A stretch of DNA of 18,423 bases, taken from positions 1-18,423 of the forward strand of contig JBHIAT010000063.1 of the NCBI GenBank assembly GCA_046758705.1, read 5' to 3'. This stretch comes from Candidatus Bipolaricaulia bacterium (GTDB lineage: Bacteria; Bipolaricaulota; Bipolaricaulia; JBHIAT01). The translations under genes and the position numbers were made by a program. Shown piece by piece: positions 1 to 6,608 of this stretch (the stretch's first letter is position 1; each line of letters opens with the position of its first letter). The notes beneath the pieces were generated by a model, which saw only the letters and a list, made by a program, of their open reading frames with translations, was not told the origin of the DNA and searched no databases.

Positions 1-636
1 AAATCTTTCTATCCTCTCCTCATCAAACGAATCAAATTTATCTAACCGCCCCCACGAAGCCAACGCAATATTTCTATCATTTTCAGGACGAGGAGTTAAA
101 ATTACACCTTGGGGATATTTTCTAGCAATAGCTTCTAACTTGGATTTAGTTTCTCTGTCAATATCTTTATAGCTGATCCAGATTCCACCATGCTCAAGAT
201 TATGAACCAATTGCTCATCCGGTAACGGAAACGAGTATACATCCCACTGAGCGGGTTGAGGCCAATGAGCTCCAGAGGTTGGTGGATTGGAATTATACGT
301 AATCCTTGTTCCTTCTGGTACATGGTTCGCACCTAAGATTGGAACGGCTTCGCCCGCTAAAGCGGAGATTTGATTGGTTGGGTTCTGCTTAAGCCCCACG
401 AACGCCCCGACAGCGATGAGAACCAGGGCGAGTCCCACTCCACCGGCGATGAACCAGCTTGTTGATGGGGCTTTACCGGTCTTGGCACGTGTTCGTTTCG
501 GTGGTTTGGCCTTGTTCTTGGCCCTGGTCTTCCCCTGCGCCTTTTTGGGGTGATGATTTGTATCCCGTTGGTGCTGAGTCAGGGCGGTCGCCGAGTTGAA
601 CGTCTTCCCACAGTGATCACAGCGATGCTCTGCCAT
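1..636 (-). CDS. C2H2 zinc-finger + TM anchor + DUF3105-like domain protein (3' end runs off the window)
   Basis: Not in the ORF track because it is open at the edge. ATG at 636 with RBS AGGAGGA (642-648). Translation: MAEHRCDHCGKTFNSATALTQHQRDTNH, a Lys/Arg linker, TM WFIAGGVGLALVLIAVGAFVGL, then YNSNPPTSGAHW...LVHNLEHGGIWISY...ALASWG, motifs typical of DUF3105. Confidence 0.85.
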   Translation of the reverse strand, partial: MAEHRCDHCGKTFNSATALTQHQRDTNHHPKKAQGKTRAKNKAKPPKRTRAKTGKAPSTSWFIAGGVGLALVLIAVGAFVGLKQNPTNQISALAGEAVPILGANHVPEGTRITYNSNPPTSGAHWPQPAQWDVYSFPLPDEQLVHNLEHGGIWISYKDIDRETKSKLEAIARKYPQGVILTPRPENDRNIALASWGRLDKFDSFDEERIERF

Positions 637-660
637 TTCTATCCTCCTAAAGTTGCAACT

Positions 661-1638
661 TCAAGCTTTCGCTTTGAGCCATTTGTCATTGGATGCCTCG
701 TAGCTTGTTGCGGGAGTTTTCACTCGATGGACCAGCAACCCAATGCCTGATAACGTTAACGACAGCGTCACAATTTGGGTCAGGTTGTAAAATGGGGAAG
801 CGCTTCCCACCATCCACACCGCCAGAGACGAAGCCGTGGTGGTCCCGAGAACAGTGGCGATCAACGGATAGATGGCTGGAGCACAACAGCAACAGAAGTT
901 GGTTCCCAAGGCCACAAAAGCGACACCTCCCAACGTGGCGCTCCCTCGGTAGCACGAAATCCGCTGGGCCAGCGAAACCGCCAGCAAGGCCAGGCTCATC
1001 CCGATCAGCGGCGCCAGGGTGAACACCACCATGGCCGTCCCCACAGAGATAGCTCCGAAAAGGGAGAGTTCCGGGATCCAAAACTCTATATCAGGCCAGA
1101 TGGCCAGCGGACCGTAGGCCTGGAAGGGGATCACGAACGCGGCCGTGCCCGGGGCCGGCATCTCGTCCGGTTCCGGTGGGGCGACCAGGTTGGTGCTCCA
1201 CAGGTAGAACCCGGCGTACAGGACCGCTGCAGTCAGGGCGAGCGCCAGGTAACGCCGTTGACCCAACACCGTCTTTATCGTGCTGCCGAAGTTGATCAGA
1301 ACGAAGCCCCAGACCGATAAGAGAGACAAGGGCAGCACCACGTACCCCATGGTCAAGAGCCAGCGGTCACCAGGCAGTAGATTTTGCAGGTACCCTAGAA
1401 AGAGCCAAATCAGCAGCACTCTTGCGACTATTCCACTGCCAGGTGGGAAGGGATTCCGGCTGCCGCGAGCCCACTGCAGTAGCGATAGGATGGACACGCC
1501 CAGCATGAAAGCCAAGGACACCGCCACCCCAACGAGTGACACCCAGTCTGCGGGGCCAGACCAGCGCTCAAGGGCATGTTCGATGGGATCACCATGGGCA
1601 AGAGCCGCTGACGGTGGTGAGGTCAGACTCAAGCCCAC
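661..1638 (-). CDS. Multi-pass membrane protein with CCCC motif, putative metal-binding
   Basis: 325-aa ORF with about 7-8 hydrophobic segments, TNFCCCCAP near the C-terminus and a signal-peptide-like ALA-HG. True start uncertain. Confidence 0.75.
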   Translation of the reverse strand: MGLSLTSPPSAALAHGDPIEHALERWSGPADWVSLVGVAVSLAFMLGVSILSLLQWARGSRNPFPPGSGIVARVLLIWLFLGYLQNLLPGDRWLLTMGYVVLPLSLLSVWGFVLINFGSTIKTVLGQRRYLALALTAAVLYAGFYLWSTNLVAPPEPDEMPAPGTAAFVIPFQAYGPLAIWPDIEFWIPELSLFGAISVGTAMVVFTLAPLIGMSLALLAVSLAQRISCYRGSATLGGVAFVALGTNFCCCCAPAIYPLIATVLGTTTASSLAVWMVGSASPFYNLTQIVTLSLTLSGIGLLVHRVKTPATSYEASNDKWLKAKA

Positions 1639-2113
1639 CGTCAGCGACGCACACGTTAGCCCGCGTCTGTATTTTAGTGAACACCTTTTTAAAATCGGAT
1701 GAAACCTCCGTAGAACAGGTTATACCAGATCAGGTAGACTCCGGCCCCGATGATGACAAACGCGCTGACCATCTGGACGTAGCGGATCAAAGGCCGGATG
1801 TAGCGGTAGATCGCCTCCCGCGAGAAGGCCATCACCACCGACAACGCGACCATCATCAACGTCATGCCCAAGCCGTACGAGGCAAAGCCCAACAGACCGT
1901 TGAACAGCCCCTGCGTGAAACTTTGGGTAACCACTACCATGAAGATCGGCAGGGTGCAGCTGGTCGAGGCGACGGCATAGCTGATTCCATAAAGGTAATA
2001 GAATGGCAGACGATCGTGCTGCCGAGGGTGTGGGTTGGGATTGCCTGCTCCGAGACCCAAGAATTCGAGAGCATGCTCCAGTTGCGGCAGGGAGAAGAAC
2101 TTGGCCTTATTAT

Positions 2114-2431
2114 CGGTCAATACACCGGACTTCAGTCCGCGTGGACTTTCTCCTCTTTCCATGGTATAATGATCACAGATCTTTGACAACGTATGGGGTT
2201 GTTGCCGCAACCCTGAGCAACGTAAAACGTTGTGGGTATAGCCAGGTGCATTTTGCCAGCGTTTTGCTGTTCAGCGAAACAGAAGCTAACAGCCGCGAAG
2301 CCTGGCCTAAAGAAACTAAAACGTTGTGTGTGAACTGGCCGGGCGCGGCCAGCGTGGAGGCGTGAACCGCTGCGAGAGCAAGTTCCGCCTGTGAAACGAG
2401 AAGCCCCGTACTTTAGTGCGGGGAGCGTCAC
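2114..2431 (+). mobile_element. Non-autonomous IS200/IS605-family mini-element (PATE-like), no protein gene
   Basis: Left subterminal hairpin CACCGGACT-TC-AGTCCGCGTG (2123-2143), preceded by AATA and target TTAT (2110-2113). Right end GAAG-CCCCGTACT-TT-AGTGCGGGG-AGCG-TCAC (2400-2431), the same architecture as the right end of the tnpB element at 14012-14044. It interrupts ccdA in frame. The left boundary is uncertain by a few nt (2111/2114/2117). Confidence 0.85.
2142..2170 (+). promoter_or_regulatory. Sigma70-type promoter inside the mini-element
   Basis: TGGACT (2142-2147), 17 nt, TATAAT (2165-2170), with extended -10 TGn. Confidence 0.75.
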
Positions 2432-2451
2432 TCAAAATCATCAATACGCCG
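2177..2451 (+). ncRNA. Putative stand-alone TnpB-type omegaRNA with an extra 5' domain; guide from flank 2432-~2451
   Basis: Follows the promoter and has no credible ORF. Stems: GGGTTG/CAACCC, GCAACGT/ACGTTGT, GCCAGG/CCTGGC, CTGGCC/GGCCAG, AGGCG-GAAC/GTTC-CGCCT and the terminal hairpin. Loop GGCGC can pair with GCGTC next to the terminal TCAC (pseudoknot). Confidence 0.6.
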
Positions 2452-2745
2452 AGGATCACCAACCCGACCCCGATCACAGACGCGACCCAGGGGATGTAGC
2501 GGGCGATGATGCTTCCCAGGGCGGATACGATCAACCCCAACCCCACGAAGATGGTGAAGAATCCGGAACTGACGGTTCCACCCAGCCTCAGACCTTTAAC
2601 GAGACTGGTGAACCAGTTGCGATCTGCGCCTCCCTCCCGTCCGATATAGTGGGAGACGTACGAGGGCAACATGGCAAATCCACAGGGGTTGAAGAACGCC
2701 GCCATCCCGGCGACGAACGCGAACGAAAGCAGACCCAAATCCATC

Positions 2746-3363
2746 CTAAGGGTTCACCTCCATAAATCCCGGTGAATCGGCCGCGGTGTGGGTGTTGTGG
2801 ACGAGAGACCTTCGCCCTCGCATTCCTAAAAACAGACCGATCCCGAGAGCCAGGCTGATACCGGCACCCAGACCGACGGGGAGCCAGGGAAAGCCTCCGC
2901 TTCCCGGGTTCAACTGGAAGTGCACCTCCGCCTTCTCTTTACCTTCACCCCCTGAATCTCGTGAGGTGGAGATCAGGAAGACCCAGGGGCCCAAGCGGTT
3001 CACCGGCAGCAAGACGGTATACAGCCCCAACTGATTCAACGTGTTCAGTGCCTGATACGGTCCGACGGTGATGAGCTCGCCGGTCTTTCGGTCACGCAGG
3101 CCGGCGATGGCGACCACCGAAGCATCGGTCACCCGATCGCCGGTCTCTGCATCCCAGACCTGGACGCTGACGTTCGCAGATTCCCCTTGGCCAAGCTCGT
3201 CCTCGGTCGGCATCTCCACGTGCACGGTGATTCGGTACGGGCCGACCTGCTGCTTGTTAATGTACGTTCCGCTGCCCGATCCGCCGTGCGCCCAGGAGGT
3301 GGAGGCCGCCCCGGCGACGAGCCATAGAGCCAGCGCCAAGGAGATCACACAACTATATCTCAT
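2746..3363 (-). CDS. Exported YtkA/FixH-like Ig-fold protein with C-terminal membrane anchor
   Basis: Signal peptide ending SWA-HG, a beta-rich body (VGPYRITV..VSVQVWD..VTDASV..GLYTV..GPW), and a C-terminal TM helix with basic tail. Confidence 0.6.
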   Translation of the reverse strand: MRYSCVISLALALWLVAGAASTSWAHGGSGSGTYINKQQVGPYRITVHVEMPTEDELGQGESANVSVQVWDAETGDRVTDASVVAIAGLRDRKTGELITVGPYQALNTLNQLGLYTVLLPVNRLGPWVFLISTSRDSGGEGKEKAEVHFQLNPGSGGFPWLPVGLGAGISLALGIGLFLGMRGRRSLVHNTHTAADSPGFMEVNP

Positions 3364-3812
3364 TGCAACGTCTTGATGTACGTGATAATCGCTCCGGCCT
3401 GTTCCTCGGTCGGCGGGTTGACCAGGGCCGAGGCCATGAGCCCTTCTGGAAATCCTAGCACCGTAAACGCAGACGGGTCGATGATCTTGGTGAGCAAGAA
3501 CTGGTCATCCACCGTCACCGTGCGGCCATCTGTCAACGTCTCTTCCTTGCCGTAGAGCCCTTGCCACGTGGGACCGATGCTGAAGCTCCCGTCTGCGGAA
3601 TGGCAGCTGATACAACCGAACCGCCTGGCCAGGGCCTTGCCTTCCTCAGCCGGACTAAGCATCGGTGGTTCGGGTTCGGGCTCGGGTTCAGGAGCTTCGG
3701 TTGTGACAGGCGGTGTGGGAGGCGGCGTTGATGCCGGCCTCCCACAACCTACAAGCAGAACAGCCACCACCAGGGATACCCCCGCCACGAGATACTGTTT
3801 GCCAGTGCGCAT
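3360..3812 (-). CDS. Monoheme cytochrome c lipoprotein
   Basis: ATG 3812 with RBS GGAGGG. Lipobox LVGC, Pro/Glu linker, CISCH haem motif, GPTWQGLYG and a distal Met (GLM). Resembles the cytochrome c domain of caa3 oxidase subunit II. Confidence 0.9.
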   Translation of the reverse strand: MRTGKQYLVAGVSLVVAVLLVGCGRPASTPPPTPPVTTEAPEPEPEPEPPMLSPAEEGKALARRFGCISCHSADGSFSIGPTWQGLYGKEETLTDGRTVTVDDQFLLTKIIDPSAFTVLGFPEGLMASALVNPPTEEQAGAIITYIKTLQ

Positions 3813-3814
3813 CG

Positions 3815-4564
3815 TTAACCCTCCGGGAAGACGGCCGGGTCGGTCAGGATGGTCCACAGGGCGCTGATCTGGGTGCCGGCTGGCATGTCGGGGCTCACCG
3901 TCACCCGGATCACCCGATACCAGGCCCCTTCCGCTGGAGCGCTGTAGATGAAACTTAAGCAGAAGCAGGTGAGCCACGTATCGGACTGGTGTTGCCCAGG
4001 CGACTCCTGGTGAGGCAAGGCCAAAAAGCCGACCTCCGCTGCCGTTGGGTTTTCAAACGCCAGCATGATCAGCCGACCCTCGCCGGGTTCCAGAAAGACG
4101 GTGTTATCCGCCACCGCCTCGCCTCGCGGCACCGGCTCACCCTTAGGCAGGGACTCCATCACCCACAGGTTGCTCACCTCAGGCTGAGGGACGTACACTT
4201 GAATTGCTTGATCCGGCAGAGGTTCCGGCAGATACTGGAAGCTGAGCTTCAGTGCTACCTTCCCGGGCGGTGGCTCCGGAACGACGGCCGTGCGGTTTAG
4301 CGCGTGGACACTCGACATGGCTGTAAAGCTGGAGATTCCCTCCTCCAGTTGGGCGACCCGCCCTTGCAAACCTTCGAGCGTGCCGGCCGTTTCCTCGATC
4401 TGCTGGCGCAGTGCGGTGACGATATCCGACAGCTCGGCGGGAGCCGGTTGAGCTGCGGGCGCGCCAGGACGCTGTAAGCCGGCGCAGCCGGCGGCCGCCA
4501 CCAACGACGTCCCGGCCACCATGACCACGAACAGCAGACGCAATCTCTTTCTGTTCCTGTTCAT
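3815..4564 (-). CDS. Lipoprotein with coiled coil and Cox11/CtaG-like CFC copper-chaperone domain
   Basis: Lipobox AAGC, a heptad segment, then LEPGEG...FENPT...P...TCFCL...VSPDMP, matching the Cox11 pattern by eye. Paralog of 4566..5288. Confidence 0.6.
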   Translation of the reverse strand: MNRNRKRLRLLFVVMVAGTSLVAAAGCAGLQRPGAPAAQPAPAELSDIVTALRQQIEETAGTLEGLQGRVAQLEEGISSFTAMSSVHALNRTAVVPEPPPGKVALKLSFQYLPEPLPDQAIQVYVPQPEVSNLWVMESLPKGEPVPRGEAVADNTVFLEPGEGRLIMLAFENPTAAEVGFLALPHQESPGQHQSDTWLTCFCLSFIYSAPAEGAWYRVIRVTVSPDMPAGTQISALWTILTDPAVFPEG

Positions 4565-4565
4565 A

Positions 4566-5288
4566 TCAGCCTCCTTGTGAGTTCAGCCGCACCACAGGCC
4601 ATACGACAATGGCCTTGGCGCCGGGCGGCGTATTGGGAGCTACACCGACCTGAATCGTGCGGTACCACGCTCCTCCGGCCGGAGCCGCAAATGGCACGGC
4701 GGCACACATACAACGAGCCCGCACCAGCGGAAGTGCGGGTTGCGGATCCAGCGTGGGCGCAACCACCAGGAAGTCCACCACTTCATCGGTAAGATTTTCG
4801 TAGACCACCTGCAACGTATAGAACTTCCCGGGCTCGACGAAGACGATGCCGTCTACCACCTCATCACCACGAGGAACAGGCTGTCCCGCCGGCACTGACA
4901 CGGTGGTGAACAGCCGCTCGGTCTCGGGCACCGGGAAATGGAATCGGAACTTCCCAGGGATTTCGTCGTTGACGTCGTCGGCGATGAACTGGACGGTCAC
5001 CATTCCAGGCGGAGGATTCGGCAGGAATTGAGCCCGACTCGTTCCCAATCGCCCGGGATCGAGCACCAACTGGCTGACAAACCCCTCCATCTCACTGACC
5101 CGGCTTTTCAATTGACCGGCGGTCTCAGCCAAGGCTGCCAGCTGTTGCTGGAGCTGTTGCAGGATCTGGGCCAACTCCTGTTCTTCCGTTGATCCATTGC
5201 TGCTATACGCAGTGGCAGCTGCCCACACCAGCAAAAACAACGATGCCCCTACAACCAACTTTCCCTTCCACAACATCCTCATACGCAT
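4566..5288 (-). CDS. Exported coiled-coil + Cox11/CtaG-like CxC protein (paralog of 3815..4564)
   Basis: ATG 5288 after GGGGGTG. Signal/anchor, Gln-rich coiled coil, then VEPGK...YENLTDE...RCMCAA...APAGGAWYRTI. Aligns with the neighbour's APAEGAWYRVI. Confidence 0.6.
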   Translation of the reverse strand: MRMRMLWKGKLVVGASLFLLVWAAATAYSSNGSTEEQELAQILQQLQQQLAALAETAGQLKSRVSEMEGFVSQLVLDPGRLGTSRAQFLPNPPPGMVTVQFIADDVNDEIPGKFRFHFPVPETERLFTTVSVPAGQPVPRGDEVVDGIVFVEPGKFYTLQVVYENLTDEVVDFLVVAPTLDPQPALPLVRARCMCAAVPFAAPAGGAWYRTIQVGVAPNTPPGAKAIVVWPVVRLNSQGG

Positions 5289-5366
5289 CGGCCACCCCCT
5301 TTGTGAAGTTTGAATCCGGTCTGTGTCAACATCAGTCCATCCGATCACCTCCTCGACACTGTAACC

Positions 5367-5385
5367 TATCCCTGGGTAGGGGATA
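5367..5385. promoter_or_regulatory. CsoR/RcnR-like operator, copy 1
   Basis: TATCCC-TGGGTAG-GGGATA palindrome with G/C tracts, 11 nt downstream of the -10 on the minus strand. Confidence 0.75.
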
Positions 5386-5396
5386 AGGATAGGATC

Positions 5397-5425
5397 ATTA
5401 TAATAATGATAATCATCTTTTGCAA
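5397..5425 (-). promoter_or_regulatory. Sigma70 promoter of the Cox11-like/ccdA operon, with a Fur-family box in the spacer
   Basis: TTGCAA (5425-5420), 17 nt, TATAAT (5402-5397). AATAATGATAATCATCTTT (5402-5420) matches 15/19 of the classical Fur box GATAATGATAATCATTATC. Confidence 0.75.
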
Positions 5426-5811
5426 ATGGGAGCCAACGAGCTTGAATTAGATGGGGCGCTGTATCTGGGGTAAATTCGGATCATGTGGTAATACGCGAAT
5501 CTGTTGCCCATGACGATGTCCCGATCGTAATCCCAGATTGCTCTCAATACGCCGGGGATCAGGGAGGAGAAGACGACCGTCGCCACGGCGATCTCCCTGA
5601 GGATACTGTGGTATATCCTGATCAACCCGTAGATCATCAGAGCAGATCCACCAATGAGCAGCAGCGCTTCATAGCGCACCAGAAACGTCAGCAGGCCGCT
5701 CCCTCCGATGCCAGCAGCGTGCCGCCGAGGAGCGATGCGATAATCGGACTGTTCGACATAACAGCATGGGCGTCGATCCTCTGAACATTGTTGATCACGT
5801 TCGTCCTGCAA
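5413..5811 (-). pseudogene. Possible frameshifted remnant of a small CC-containing membrane protein (MerT/MerC-like)
   Basis: PCCYV, then SPIIASLLGGT in another frame, then AAGIGGSGLLTFLVRYEALLLIGGSALMIYGLIRIY. No good RBS or start. Confidence 0.3.
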
Positions 5812-5812
5812 T

Positions 5813-6340
5813 CTATCCCAAAACTCCCGGGGGGAACGGCACCACCTTGCGCGCCGGCTCCGGGATGCCCCGCTCCAGCGGCTTCGTCCCTGGACCGCCC
5901 TTCGGCTCCCCGACGATGATCCGGCCGACCATCCCTAGAAACTCGTGGGGGATGCAGTAGTAGTCGTAGATCCCCTCGACCACGAACCGGTGTTCAAAGG
6001 TGGCGCCGACCTGGGTGAGCACCCCGGAGTTCCAGGGCTTCGCCCGCTCGGGGATCCTCAGCTCCTTGCCGAAGTTGTCGGGATGGTAAGCGGTTGTGCT
6101 GTGGACATCGCTCTCCAGGATCCAGCGAACCACCGTCCCCGGCTCAATCCACAGGCCGGTGGGGACGAATATGTAGTGGTTGCCGTTGGTGGTGAGCATC
6201 AGCACGTCCACCCGCCCCTGGCCGACCGCCGGTCTACCCGTTAACGACGCCAACGTCCCGCCCAGGGCGACGGCGCCGGTCATTTTGAAGAACCCCCGTC
6301 TCGTCAGATGCAATTTGGTGCTGCGTTCCAACGGAATCAC
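5813..6340 (-). CDS. Tat-exported blue copper protein (plastocyanin/halocyanin-like cupredoxin)
   Basis: Twin-arginine signal TRRGFFK; type-1 Cu ligands H(STT)...YYCIPHEFLGM. Confidence 0.9.
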   Translation of the reverse strand: MIPLERSTKLHLTRRGFFKMTGAVALGGTLASLTGRPAVGQGRVDVLMLTTNGNHYIFVPTGLWIEPGTVVRWILESDVHSTTAYHPDNFGKELRIPERAKPWNSGVLTQVGATFEHRFVVEGIYDYYCIPHEFLGMVGRIIVGEPKGGPGTKPLERGIPEPARKVVPFPPGVLG

Positions 6341-6408
6341 CTCTTCTCTATCGTTAACTAGACAGCGACAGCTGCCAGGCCACCTGCCCGAAGATCAAGG
6401 GAGTGGAT

Positions 6409-6448
6409 AGCCCGGTCATTCCTATCTGGCGATCGGGATGACCGGGCT
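6409..6448. repeat. Long GC-rich inverted repeat (terminator, processing or stability hairpin)
   Basis: AGCCCGGTCAT (6409-6419) pairs perfectly with ATGACCGGGCT (6438-6448), with further inner pairing. No U-tract. Confidence 0.6.
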
Positions 6449-6452
6449 TGAC

Positions 6453-6524
6453 TCAGGACCCCTCGCAACAGTTGGCGACGCGTCTGAGCATCCACCTCCG
6501 AGTGAAGACACTCTGCTCCAGCAT
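6453..6524 (-). CDS. 23-aa micropeptide MLEQSVFTRRWMLRRVANCCEGS
   Basis: Perfect RBS GGAGGTGA 6 nt before ATG 6524. The stop is followed immediately by the hairpin. Vicinal Cys pair. Confidence 0.5.
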   Translation of the reverse strand: MLEQSVFTRRWMLRRVANCCEGS

Positions 6525-6608
6525 CGGGTTTCACCTCCGTGTCTCTCTGTGTAGATGTCTGATACCAGATCCCTTTCTCATATTATTGTCGAGGCACTCA
6601 AACTCAGC

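Larger units (their letters stand above)
1689..2744 (-). pseudogene. ccdA: Cytochrome c biogenesis protein CcdA (DsbD transmembrane type), split by a ~318-bp insertion
   Basis: The N-half (2744-2432) has AFVAGMAAFFNPCGFAMLPSY. The C-half (~2113-1689) has YGISYAVASTSCTLP and YGLGM. Both halves are in the same frame, and removing 2114-2431 restores a continuous ORF (..GVLMILNNKAKFF..). Confidence 0.88.

Noticed and set aside
2114-2431. Group I intron/IStron, HEARO (IscB omegaRNA) or tRNA explanation for the ccdA insert
   Set aside because: The structured strand is antisense to ccdA, so it could not splice from that mRNA. No recognisable P7 core or cloverleaf. The GTCAA-hairpin start resembles IscB ends, but a boundary at 2116 would not restore the ccdA frame, and the 3' end is TnpB-like.
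2117-2435. TCAA at 2117-2120 and 2432-2435 as a 4-bp target-site duplication
   Set aside because: This also restores the frame, but hairpin ends of this type belong to HUH elements that make no duplication, and TTAT fits the AATA guide. Kept only as boundary uncertainty.
3813-3977. Extended start of the cytochrome c ORF (likewise the 11812-11937 and 17676-17753 extensions)
   Set aside because: These overlap upstream genes. Better starts with RBS or stop-start coupling lie at 3812, 11811 and 17754.
5326-5340. Selenocysteine read-through of ATG GAC TGA TGT TGA
   Set aside because: No SECIS-like hairpin follows, and the read-through frame overlaps the next gene out of frame.
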